Assembly: GCA_000826855.1 (NCBI GenBank)
Contig: JTLS01000062.1
Span: forward strand, 1 to 35,878
DNA: 35,878 bases
Origin: Basidioascus undulatus
Taxonomy: Eukaryota
Direction of reading: 5' to 3'
Each line of letters starts with the position of its first letter. Within the stretch, counting starts at the first letter, position 1. Below are positions 12,401 to 25,663 of this stretch, piece after piece. The position numbers and the translations under genes were made by a program. The notes beneath the pieces are model-generated. The model searched no databases and was not told the DNA's origin. It was given only the letters and a program-made list of their open reading frames with translations.

Positions 12401-12757
12401 TATCAGCATGAGCAGCGGCCTTTCCACTATCAAAGACTTTTTCAAACTCACAGCGATTCCAGAACTTGCAGACACGAGTGCGCCAGTTGCGGTCCGGCGG
12501 GTCAGATGCTTTGGATCTGTCGAACGAGTTCCGAATTAAGCATCACATTTCACGATGCGAACGTCGATCCTTCCCGCTTCACTTACTCGTGGCCCATGAT
12601 GTGCAGGAAATTGCAGGCGTCACCGTCAGGACAGGTGCTGCTGCTCTGCCAGAACCTGCAGGGGCGAGCTGTAGGAAATGTGATCGTCAGTCTTACCGTC
12701 CACAAACACGCATCATCGTAGCTCACTCCTCCAGTTGTTCAGTCTTTGAGGTTCCAT
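9408..12757 (-). CDS. Triple CCCH zinc finger + ankyrin-like + degenerate ClpB/Skd3-type AAA+ protein
   Basis: Phase-consistent exons 12727-12757, 12587-12668, 12452-12516, 12350-12388, 12053-12290, 11974-11990, 11881-11915 and 11431-11808 continue from 11371 into ORF 10580-11353. They give three CCCH fingers, an ankyrin-like region (PPIFWAIATGRLELVRFCLLHGA; PPLAFAL..IVLLLLQYDANP) and ClpB-D2-like segments (IVGQEHA, PVVLVFSGMAGHGK, LFG..PGY, YTDRRTG..VDVSRIIFIVTT, LIPFLPF). Confidence 0.8.
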
Positions 12758-13624
12758 GAGAAGATTCCGACACTCGAGAAGGCAATCAATCAATAAGATG
12801 CGGTATAGGATGATCGAGCAGCCGAGAACGAGAAGGCAAAAGCGATCGAGTAGGCAAGGGGATCTAGCGCCACAGCCTCCGAAGTGAAGCGATCCTTATG
12901 AGCGCGAGCATTCGAAGGTCGTTGTTTGAAGAAGTGGGGCAAGTTCGGTCAGCTCAAAGCTTCTGATGGGGCCAGGATACATTGAACGCGTCTGCGAACG
13001 ACGAAAAACTCGTTGGAGCCGAAGATGCATTCGCGAGATGGTGAGAGGACGAAGCGAGGAAGCGCATCAAAACGCCACGGCAGCAAGTGCAAGGTTTAAT
13101 TAAGGGGATGAGTTGTTGATTGGGCCGCGCGTAAGTCCTGTTGCACGACTCGAGGGAGGCAAGGTGAGGCACGGTGTGCGAAAGCATGTCATGGGGCACG
13201 CCGCGTTCCCAACGTTCAGCTTGAAATGCCCGAACCACGTGTTTTATCTTACCTATCTTACCGCCGGCTGCTGCGGGACTTTTCACTGAATGTGCTTAAA
13301 CGTTCAGCGATTGGCGAGCTTATCTGGTACAGCTTCAGCACAGCGAGCTTCGAGCTAGCGATGCTAGTGATGCGCTGGGCGAATCGTGAAGAGAAGTGAA
13401 ATCATGCGTAACGTTATTGCGTACACGGTATCGGGAAGAAAGAAGAAAAGTCAAGACTATGTCGCGCTGCGACTCAAAAAGACCTAACAAGGCGGAGATA
13501 AAAGACCTCAAAGTGTTCATTCTGTGCACCTCGCTTTCGATCAGACGTGCCCCTGTGACTCGCTCTCCGAACCAATCGACGCACCAAAAGCACACACCCA
13601 TGTCCGTTGGTCCTACCCGACCGG

Positions 13625-15992
13625 TCAGACCTCAACCGTCGCCACCTTCCCTCTCAAGTTCTCGATCTCCTCCTTGGCCTGGTCGTCCGCGGGCAGCTCC
13701 GGCTGGCGGTCCAGACTGGGGCGCCCAGCGCTCTCGCCTGCGGTGTGGTACCCCTCATCGTCTGACTCCTCCGTATCGGAATGAGGCGTCGCGGCTTGGC
13801 GCTGCGCAGCGGCGGCGATAGACGCGAACGAAGAAGCGCCAGACGCGTCGGACGAGCCGGCGCCGCTGCGCAGCCGTGAGGTAGCAGTGATGGCGCGGTA
13901 TGCCGAGCGCCACCTGTAGCGAGCAAAAGTGATGGTGAGAAGGGTGAAGTGTGAAGTGCGAAGCAGGATCACGATGCGTACTTGGCTCGGGAATTGAAGT
14001 TCTCGCGCAGCCCGCCACCGATGTCGTGCTCCGAGCTTGGATCGTGCTCCGTCAGCCACTGCGCGTTACTGAACTGATCAGCTTCATGGCGCGTGTCAGC
14101 ATCTCCGGCATGGTCAAGAACGGACCCTATGCTTCCAGGCCTGTTCCGCGGTCAACCGCTCCTCCGGGTCCGGCTGCAGAAGCCCGCGAACAAAGTCCTT
14201 TGCTGTACCCCGCACACCGACAGGTTAGAAAGCAGAAAGGACGTCGGGAGGAAGCGTGTTGGCCGCACCTTCCTCCGAGATGTTTTTCCAGTACTTGTCG
14301 TGGAACTCCACCTTGGCGCGCGTCGTCTCCTTGATGAGCTCCTTGATGTCCTCGGAGCGGAAGGGGGAGTATCCGCAAAGAAGAACGTCTGTCATATCGA
14401 TTTGGCATTAGTGCCAGAGCGATAACCGCTCTTCCGTCTGACATGAGCGTACAGGTGATGACGCTGGCGTGGATTCAAAGATGGTCAGCTCGAATATGTG
14501 CCAAGAGTCCCTTGAGCGCAGCCTACCCGATGGACCACATATCGACGGCCTTGCCGTGACCTTTGTTGTTCAAGATCTCGGGTGCGGCATAGCCGATCGA
14601 GCCAGCTAAGGAGTTGAGGATCTGCGACTCGCCCTCCAGGTGCTTCGCACTGCGTGTTTGCCGGTCGTCAGCGCCCTTCAAACCAGTTCTGTTCTGAGAG
14701 AGATTTCCCGACGCACATCCCGAAGTCCGCGATGACGACGTCAGCGTCTTGGGCTTTCGAGCGGTACAAGATGTTCTCGGGCCTGTAGAGGAGTTGCGGA
14801 TCAGTTCGGTGCATCAGTGTACGACGCTGTCAGAACGGACTTGAGATCCCGGTGAACGACCTCTCGCTGTGGGGGAGAAAAGGTCAGAAGGGTAGTCGCG
14901 AGAAGGCAAGTGCAACAGACGGACCGAGTGCAGATACCGAACGGCGTTGACGATCGATTGAACCACCGTCACCGCGTCCTTTTCCTGTTCTCTAAGGGCC
15001 TGTCAGCGCAGCCTCTCTCGCGTGTGAAATCGAACTTGTGGCTTACGCTGAACTTCCCTTGCTTCGTGATCCGCTCGAACAGCTCGCCACCGGTGGCTAG
15101 TTCGAACGTGAGGTAGTACTGTCCGCCAGTTCAGATCTGTCGACCAGCGTGACCAAAAGATGCGAGTGCATTCGGACAGACCTTATCCCGCGACTCGAAC
15201 CACTCATAAAACTTGACGATGTTGGGATGATCGAGGCCTCCAGGAAGGAGCGGCATGTAAGCTTCCAGAGCGCAAGGGGCAGGCGGAATCGGGCGTGAAA
15301 GCAACCTTTCAGGACATTCATCTGTTAAAAGTCCAGTTCAGCGCGTAGGTCTTGAGTTTGAACGGACCAAACAAAGCGCACCTCATCCCAGATCGCCCGC
15401 TCGTTGCCCTTGACCTAGAGCACCCCCCAAGATCAGCGCTACCCCAGTTGGCCGTCCAGAACCCAGGCCGTACCTTCTTCTTCGGAATGACCTTTACGCT
15501 TCCCTCCCTTCAGCATCTGCGCACCAGCCGACCCGTACGGACGGCTCCGACGCACCTTCATAGCGACATCCTTCGGTTCCCCCGGCGCCGTCTTCCAGGT
15601 CGCCCTCACCACCTGCCGCCAACAGCATGAGGATCCACCCCATACCAAGGATCCATGCGTGTTTCTCGCTCACCTTCCCGAACGACCCCTCGCCTAGCTA
15701 CACGCCAGCACCAGCACCCACCACCGCCACTGCATCAGCATCTCCGAGTCCAAGCACGTGATAGACGACGGCGACCGACCGTCTCGCCGAAGTGGTAGTC
15801 CTGCGTTACACGGATGCTTGAGATATGCACGGATAGAGTGAGTTAGGCATCGTCGCTCACCTTCTTCTTCTGGAAGGACTCTGGCTGCTGGAGCATGTGG
15901 CTGGAAGAGATTCACCAAGGGTTCCAATCGCTCAGCGTGTGCTCCAGCGCTGGAGACGCCCTGCACCCCACTCACTCGCGCAAAAGACCCAT
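13625..15992 (-). CDS. CMK1: Ca2+/calmodulin-dependent protein kinase (CMK1/CmkA family)
   Basis: Spliced motifs: QPESFQKKK, LGEGSFG, VAMK, LDHPNIVKFYEWFESRDK, FELATGGELFERI, HRDLKPEN, IADFG, AGSIGYAAPE, GHGKAVDMWSIG, and the regulatory segment GLRENFNSRAKWRSA. Confidence 0.93.
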
Positions 15993-17110
15993 AGTGATTG
16001 TGTTGTTACTGGGGTATCCGACAAAAAGTACGCTGTTGGACCTGATGAAAGATGGTGAGGATGGTGAGGACACAGAGGAGAGCTCGCCAGGCGTGCGGGT
16101 CGAGATGGAAGGCCAGAATGGAAGCGCGCGCGTCACCGCCCTGACCCTGCCAGGGTCCGCAGCGTCGAAGTGTCTGTCAACTGGAGTCCGGGGAAGTCCC
16201 TGGTTCTTTTGCTTTCGAGCCCAAACGCAGGCTGTATTCATTAAATATTTCTCCAACATGAACATTACAACCGGTACGGTGAGCACCTTCGCTATTGTGC
16301 CCAGCACGGATCTTCATTGCCTCGCGAGTCGCGAAAGCTGCACGCAAGTTAATGCAAGCAATGGCTTCCTTCCCCTGCAGTACACAAGACGTGCTTCTCG
16401 AACACCCGCCTGAGGGCTCTTTTACAAGCATCCCCTGGAGTGATCGAGTGCGGGAAACCGGGCAGGCTGAAGGTGGGCCGACCGCAGAGTCTGCGACGCT
16501 AGGGGTGGGTGCGTTGCGTCTCACAGCCGGTACACACAATGCGACAGGTCCATTGGTGCGCTATCGGGGCTTGTTTTCGTCAATGATACTTCTAAGTCTC
16601 AAAACAGCTCCTGCAGCAGGTGAAAAATCTTGCCGTGGTTCTCTGTTCTCAGTGAGCTCAGTTTCGGCCCTCTTCGAGCCGGGGTGGAACGTGAGCGGCG
16701 AAGAATAGAGCGATAGTCGGGAAGGGTGAGCATTTTCTAGGAATCGGAAACGGCATCCGTGCTGAAGCTCAATTGAGCACTGGTTGAAGCTCAGCCAGCG
16801 TGAACGATCGATACGAATGACAGAGAAGACGCCCTCCGGAGGGCCGGCGGAGAGAAAAGGGATATAAGGAGCCACAATGCCGGCGAGCGGCGATACGTAT
16901 GGCGAAAGATTCTCTTGCTTGTGCAAGCAGACATCTTGAACTCGTTTCGATCGAATGGGTTGATCGAATGCGTGGGTTTCGGTGGATTAGCGACGAGCTC
17001 GGGCGTGACCGGAACAGACGCAAGCGGTGAAGCACTCGCGAGTGCTAACGAGTGCAGTGATTTCCTTCTGCTGTCTACGACCCATCCACCTAGCAATATC
17101 CGTCCGGCAT

Positions 17111-18296
17111 TTACACTGCGGACGACCCGTTCTGTCAGCCTTTGTCACTTATTCGACGGAAAGAAGCGGGACTGACTGAGGTTGAGGTCGCCGACTGTTC
17201 ACGCCCACCCACCCGGCAGTCAGCACACCACGTCCTACCTGGCCAACAAAGAAGACGAAAAACGAACACTTCTCCTTGTACTGTACAGAGAATGCGAAAA
17301 GTGAGCTAACGGCCTGTTGTCGAGGGGAGGAACTATGCACGTACGCCCGGCACGGTCCACTTGCCCTTCTTGAGCATCTCGCCGATGGACTTGACCATCT
17401 GAGGGCGGGCCTGCGCAACCTCGTCGGTCTGGCAAAGGCACATTGTCAGTGAGCGGCACGAGAAAGAGGGATCACGGGGGAACTTGTGTGCGCACGGTAA
17501 GCTGGTCGAACGGCCGGGCCTGCTCGATGTTGGCGAGGGTGGCCTGCAGGTCCTTGAGCTCGGCGTCGATCTTCTTCTCAGTGGAGACGGCAGCCTCGAC
17601 CTGGAGTGAGGAGGAGTGATGCGAGTGAGCATGTGAGGCGGGATAGAGTGGACGTGTTGGAGCTAGGTTGTCGTGTTCCATCTTGCAATATGCGTCCCAC
17701 GCAGCCGCCCAACCATCTCGGTTGGCCCAACACACTCTTGCCACACCAAAGCCGCCTTGCTGCCGTCTGCCCCCTCCGCCGCCCCTCGTACCCTCCGTCC
17801 TGAGATTCCATCGCACGACTCACAGCCTTGGCCTCGAACGCGTCAATGGCTTTCTCGACGGCCTTGACGTCGTAGGTCACGGCCTTGAACTCCTTGAGGG
17901 TGCGCTCAGCCTCGTCGACAACGGCCTTGTTCTTGAGGATGGAGCGGTAGTGGGCGATGTCGACGTCGGTCTTCTGCTCCTGGAGCTGGGAGAGCACGCG
18001 CTTGGCGTCCTCGTTGCGCTTGCGGAAGGACTGGAGCGCGGCGATGGTCTCTGTTGAAAAACGATTCCACGTTCAGTCATCCCCAACACCCGCTCTAACA
18101 GCGAGAAGCCAACTGGAACGCACCCTTGCCGAGGCCAAGGGAAGAGTAGATGCGCGAGAAGTCCTGGCCAGCGAATCCCCAGCATCAGCACCCCTGTTCT
18201 TCCGCCCCGGGTTCTCCACGCTGCTGCATCAGCGTAAATATATTATTCGGATGATCGACTGACGACGGCGGCGCGGGTGACCCGAGTAACCTGCAT
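17111..18296 (-). CDS. ATP7: Mitochondrial F1Fo ATP synthase subunit d
   Basis: Peptides DFSRIYSSLGLGKETIAALQSFRKRNEDA, VDIAHYRSILKNKAVVDE, LKDLQATLANIEQARPFDQLT and KGKWTVPGYKEKFGDLNLM*, spread over about 8 exons. Confidence 0.95.
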
Positions 18297-18972
18297 GATG
18301 GCGGTGACGAGGAGGAGGTGATGAAGGTGAGCGCTTGAAGCGAAGGCCGATTCAGCAGGCGTAACTCGGCGTCGCGCCCCGAACTTTCGGTCTTACCAGT
18401 AATCTCACTCCGACTAACCTATTAATACCCCTTTGCATTGTCTCTGCGATACTCACCACAACTCTACTCAATCACAGAAATTTACAGATAACAAAAATAC
18501 AAAAGAGTTTAGGCAAACCAGAGCCCTAATTCATTTCTCAGTGGACTTGGAAGCTGGAGGCGTACGGTCACTACCAACCGGCAGTCTGTGGCAGCGGGAA
18601 ATCACTTGCAGACATTGAACAAAGTATGGAAAGGGAATAGAAGCTGTTGGATTTAATTCGCATGGCTTCTTCGGGACATGGGGTTCAAGCTTATACAAAC
18701 GAAAGGAAACCGCACCATGACACACTGCCCTCGAGTCCGCTGTCGGTAGCCGCTACGTTTTACTAGTGCCACATCCTTGATAACGTCGCGATTTGGAACT
18801 TTTTCATATCATGAGAGGAGCTGAACAATCCCTCTATGGAACATTGCAACCTGTAAGGCGTCGTTAATTGCAGGCAGAACCCATCATAGCACACAGCACA
18901 CGAATGGTACACGCCGTCGACAAGGCTGATTTCCAGCCGAAAGATACGGGGGGTGCAAACAAAATTGAATCA

Positions 18973-19836
18973 TTACGGAGAAACTGTACCCACTCCTGTA
19001 CTACCCGACATCCTCATCGGCGACCCAACAAAACTGTCATGGAAAAGCGGACGGGTGGACAGCCCGGCTCTCGGCACCTGCGGGAAGACTGCGTGCGGGC
19101 GCTCAGTCAAGAAGCTGGACGAGCGCGTGCGGCGGTGTTGCAGGTAGCGGTGGGCGGCCGAGGTCTGAGTGGAAGTGGACGTCGAGGGCGAACCCGATCC
19201 TTTGTCCGCGAGCGCGAGGCGGAATGGCTTGTTTGTCTGCTCCTGCCGCTGCTGCTGAACTGCCTGGGAGAACTTCGGGTTGGAAGGGGAGGGGAGCGAG
19301 TGGAAGTCCTGTACGCGGATTGCGAGAGCTTCGAGCTGCACAGAGTGGGGTGTTGGGAGATGAGTAATCGCGATGCGGACACCCGGAAGCACGGGTGGGC
19401 GCACCTTGTTGAAAATGCTCGAGATGGCCTGTGCCTTTTCCTCGAAAGCCCTCGCAAGCCCATGAGGCGTCTCCTCCGCTGACGTTCCCTTGAGCTTCCC
19501 CGAGTCCTCCTGGCCCATCTGCTCCATCGCCTCATGCTCAAAAGCGATCTCCATCTGAAGGGCCCGTATAGCCTCGAGCTGCGTCAGGATTTCGCGACTC
19601 GCACTCTGAGTCGGTGCCTCGTCGCGGGCGGCGACATGCGAGTGCCGCGGACCAAGGAGGTCAGCGTCGATGGCGGAGAAGCGGGCATCCAGGCTCAGGG
19701 CGGACTCGGCGTGGACGTCAGGGAAGGTGTGCTGGCCGTAGCGCGGGCGGCGCGGGATGCCCATCGGGGGGAAAAACGGGTTGTCCTCATGCAACGACGT
19801 GCGTACGGAAAGCGAAGGTCGTCGGCTGGTGGACAT
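18973..19836 (-). CDS. Basidiomycete hypothetical protein with a predicted coiled coil
   Basis: Long ORF containing one in-frame intron (~19280-19345..19405 region; gtgcgc..gtgcag). The helical core LEAIRALQMEIAFEHEAME..AFEEKAQAISSIFNK-LEALAIRVQDFH resembles basidiomycete hypothetical proteins I recall. Confidence 0.7.
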   Translation of the reverse strand: MSTSRRPSLSVRTSLHEDNPFFPPMGIPRRPRYGQHTFPDVHAESALSLDARFSAIDADLLGPRHSHVAARDEAPTQSASREILTQLEAIRALQMEIAFEHEAMEQMGQEDSGKLKGTSAEETPHGLARAFEEKAQAISSIFNKVRPPVLPGVRIAITHLPTPHSVQLEALAIRVQDFHSLPSPSNPKFSQAVQQQRQEQTNKPFRLALADKGSGSPSTSTSTQTSAAHRYLQHRRTRSSSFLTERPHAVFPQVPRAGLSTRPLFHDSFVGSPMRMSGSTGVGTVSP

Positions 19837-20183
19837 GATGATGGGTTCGTTCAAGCATTGGGGTGGTAAGGGTGGTGTTTTGTGCGGGCGAAGCTCATGA
19901 CGGCTAGAGACGGCGGACGGAGCGGCGCCGAGCACGGGGCAAATGGAAGCTCACAGCCTTACTTTGGAACCCACAACGCAATTGGGCCACCTCACCAGAG
20001 CGTACCTTTTTTGTTTGATAATGGCAGACAAAATTTTGGAACACTGACGGCCAAAGAGCTCTAGACACCCGTCCAGCAGGCAGATCCGTAGAAAAGTACA
20101 GGGCGACAGACACTACGTTCTAACGGTGGAGAGGTCCATCCCATAACGCTTCTGACCCCTCGGAGTACGCGTCTTTGGGGCCT

Positions 20184-20808
20184 TTACTGAATCCGTGTAG
20201 TATCTAGTGTGCGGTACGTAGGAAAGGGAAGGAGGTTGAAGAGTAAGATGGGGAGAAGAGGGCAGAAGGGCGGCAAGCAGCTCGTCGATCTCCTGGAGAA
20301 GTAGGGAGGCAAGACGTCAGAACAGGTACTGAAGGCATGAACGATAGAGAGGACATACCTGCGAGACGATACAGGGAGAAAGGGGGGATGCGGGCGGCAG
20401 CTCGGGCACAACAGGCAATTTGCGGTTTCGGCGGCCCGAGGACGCAGCGGCGAGTGAGGAGAGGTGCTTGGGACGACCGGTCCGCGTCGGCTTCGGGGTG
20501 CGAGAGTGGATGATAGTCTGCGTTGCCGAGTGACCAACGGAATCAGATATGGACTGCCCCATTCCTCCGCCCTAGTGTCAGGAAGGGAGACCACCAGACT
20601 CACGACCTTGCCCCTGTATGCAAAAGGATCGTCGTCGATGAGGAAGCTGAGGTTGGGCGAGGCGGGAGGCTGCGGCGGGTCGAGGCTCTCGAGGGTCGAG
20701 AGCGAGGAGTTGGAGGAGCACAAAAAGAAGAAAGAGGGGACCGAGCTCAAGCTGGAGGAGGACGACGTCGAGCTGTAGATCGAGTCGAGCGAGGTCGACG
20801 ACAACATG
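20184..20808 (-). CDS. Hypothetical Ser/Pro-rich protein (start uncertain)
   Basis: Part of ORF 20184-21137. It is low-complexity, contains LIDDDPFA, and has a probable intron near 20300-20358 (gtatgt..ctccag). No recognisable domain. Confidence 0.4.
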
Positions 20809-21654
20809 GCCTGCCGCGAAGCGCCGCGCGTTGGTCGGGCGGCCGTGGAAGAGCCGAACAGGCCGAGGACTTTGTTGAGGGTGGGTATTTTTGAGTGCAG
20901 TGGAACTGAGGGTTGAGGGACCGGGAATTCTAAGGGCAACAGAGAAGGGGCAGGGAGGAAGGGAAGAGGGAAGACGGACAGGGAAACGCCCTCGCCACTT
21001 TTGAAGGCAAGCAAGCAATGAACGAAGCTGACCATAACAGGGTGGTGTCGGATGCGTTGTAAACAGCCAAGCCAGGGCGTGTAGGCACAATCTGCGCCGC
21101 ACGAGTGAGCCGGTCGGAGGTGGAGAGCACGAGGCACACAGCAACGCGGACTGACCCAGGCTGGACAGCGAGGTACGTTTCAAGTCGCCTTGTCAGCATC
21201 CTGAGTATTCTTCGTGTTGACATTACTAGTATACAATGTCCGAAATTGAATCCGAGATGCAATTGGGGAAACATGGAAGAGTGATGAGAAGAGGGAGCTG
21301 GATGTCGGCCGTTGTGGACTGCCAATGCGGCTCGGTGGTTCGTGTGCCTGGCGCACACGTAACAGACAGCATTGCCCAGCGGGGACAAAACCAGTCCATT
21401 CCTGACGACATCATAGGTCGTCGGGCAAGGCGGAGCCCTCGGTCTGGTGCATGAAGCCAACAGTGTACACCATTCACAGCATTGAAGCCAGCACTGCGGT
21501 GTGTTGATGGATAGTCAATCCGCCGGGAATACACACAAACAAACCTCGGCCTATTCGCAAAATCGGAAATCGAAAAGTCAAGTCGTCGCTGCAAGCCGGA
21601 CGGAAACCCCTCCGCCAAGTCCGCGTCCTCCTCGCTCCTACACACGCGCCGTCC

Positions 21655-23261
<1,607 letters not shown>

Positions 23262-23740
23262 GATAGCGACAATGGAGACTTGAACGACGACGACGACGGT
23301 GGGCAAGCTGAACTGGACAACTTCGAAGTCGGAAGGGGAAGACGGCGTGGGAGTTGGCCTGGCTCGGAGGAAATCGGCCGCATATCGCACTCTGCCTTCA
23401 AAATACACCTTTCCATGTTTTGATGTTCACAATCGTGATACTAAATTTGATACGATACTATGAAATGCGGGCAAAGGTAGTGTGCAACGGTGTGACCTAT
23501 ACTGCACGCGGACGTTGCACTCTGAAAGTCCGTTGCGTTGCAGCCTGGAGCTCTCTGTTGTCGTAAATCCCAAGGTGGCTAACACAGATCTTTTATCTGG
23601 CGTACGCGACCAACGCAAGTGTCGAAAAGCGAGAGGGGCAAGGTCTTTGTATCCCGTCAGGCAGTCGGGGGACACAACTGGCCGCGACATTCTGCAGCAG
23701 GACAGCGACTGAGAGTAGTGCTCTGGAAAATCTATTGCGT

Positions 23741-24602
23741 CTAGCTGATAGTGATCTCCGGGACCATGACCTCGTGTACGTTAAAGTACCTGCGAGCCCA
23801 GCCAGTTCTTCATCAGTCCAGTCTTCCCAGCACGCCTGCGTGGAAACGCTCAAACTCACCTCTCGACCTTGCCCTCCTTCTTGACCTCGCCCTTCAGACC
23901 GCCCTGCATCTCCGGGTCCTTTTCCCAAACTACTGTCCACCTGCCGACGCTCTTCCCCGTCTTAATCTCCCACGTCTCCGCCACGACCTCCTCCTCGCCT
24001 GCGGTCCTACCGCCCTCGCCCTCCCCGACGCGGAGCATGTCGTCCCTGATCTCCCACACGGCGAGAGGCCTGCTAGTTGGCCTGAACCACCGCGTGTCCG
24101 CAACGTGCGTGCGCAGCTTGCGCATGAACAGCGTCATGTTCTCGAGCTCGACGGGCTGCCTGCCTGCCTGCGCCTTGGGCGGGGGGATGAGGTTGAGCGT
24201 GGAGACGTACGGCCGGCCACACCAGCCGATCATGGAGGTTGAGATGCCTGACAGGCCGATGGCGGAGACGATGAGGAAGGAGCGCGCGGAGGTGGGGAGC
24301 GCCGCGGGGAGGAGGTAGATGAAGGGGGAGAGGGCGAAGGCGAGGCCGATGGAGGAGAGGGAGAAGACCTTGAGGCGCGCGAAGGAAGTCGCGAGCGGAC
24401 CGGTATAGGTTGGCTCGGTGGCAGGGGAGGAAGAGGGAGTGGGAGTGGAGAGATGGCGGATGGAGAGGGGGCCGAGGGTGGGTGCGCGGCTGAGGACGAC
24501 GGGAGCCAGCAGCGCGGGGCGAAGAGCGGAGACGGAGATGGGCACGCTCATGGAGCGAGCACAGAGCACGGGTATAGAGCGCATCGCGACTGTGGGAGCC
24601 AT
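23741..24602 (-). CDS. TMEM70/TMEM186/TMEM223-family mitochondrial inner-membrane protein
   Basis: Presequence-like Arg/Ser/Leu N-terminus, then YTGPLATSFARLKVFSLSS, two TM helices and WCGRPYV. One intron precedes YFNVHEVMVPEITIS*. Confidence 0.8.
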
Positions 24603-25663
24603 AGCAAGTGGACGTGTAGGTCGAGGACAAGAAGGAAGCAGCAAAGCGAGAAGACCGCCAGAGCAGCCGGAAGCGAGACGGACTTTCCCCGGTAATTTTC
24701 CGGATGCATCCAGCTCTTGACCCGACAAGTGCTCGATAATAATAGCCTTGGTGCCAACACACACCAGCACCATGAGTCGTTTTTTTAGCATAAAAGAGAT
24801 TAAACAATCTTCGAGATATTTCTGCAGGCGCAGATGAGACGGCCTTCACCAAAGTCTGGCAGTGTGCACGGCTGTTTGCATTACCGGTGGAAGTCGAGCT
24901 CGGTCTAGGTATCGCTGAAGTTAGACAGCTTCATACTACCTAGCTGTGAAGGAGACAGAGCAGGTCCGGAAAATAGACTTCGTTGAACGGGTATACGATG
25001 AAACAGGTAGTGGGCGCGGCGAGCAGGTGCTGTGAAATGCGCAGGTAGGTACGGAGGGTACGATAACCACCCTGAAGACCTTAACTTGTGAAGAGCAATG
25101 CATTTTCTACCGAAAGGCCCACCTATCTATGAATCTCACATGCCAGCACAGGATGTACTTGAGGCTCCCGCACTATGGGGAACGTCACGTATTCGCCGAC
25201 CTGGCCCACCCAAATCTCCGCTACTGTTTTCCACCCCAAATGCTCTAGACGGGCAACCCAACCACAGAGGCCTCCAAGTAGGCGGGCAGGCCGCGCGGAT
25301 CCGCTCACGTGAGCCCCCAGCGCAAAAGGCGCAAGCCGGCCCATGAAAATTAGACAAATAAGAACGGTTTGAACTCATGCAAGTTTCGACATCTGGACTT
25401 GAAGGGATATTGTTGCTGCTGAGTGCCAACGCTGCCGACAAAGCGCTCCACAGCGCTTAACCAGAGTACTTACCCTTAAAATTTAAAAGGAGTGGAAAAC
25501 CTTATTAATACCACCAGAACGAGTAATGCGAAGCGAGGTCGGGTAGTTATGTAGAGTCTTGTTTGGCGAACTCAGCCTCCTCGCCTGCGTCATCGGGCCA
25601 TCCGCCTTCTCTCCACTCCAGCCTGGCCTTTTCCCTTCACCGTCTCCTGATCCTCGCAGCACG

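Noticed and set aside
13193..13206. GGGGCACGCCGCG also found at ~4533
   Set aside because: A 13-nt GC-rich match with no flanking similarity; compatible with chance.
16000..17100. Several 90-170 aa ORFs between CMK1 and ATP7
   Set aside because: No recognisable motifs or coherent splice model; probably promoter and UTR sequence.
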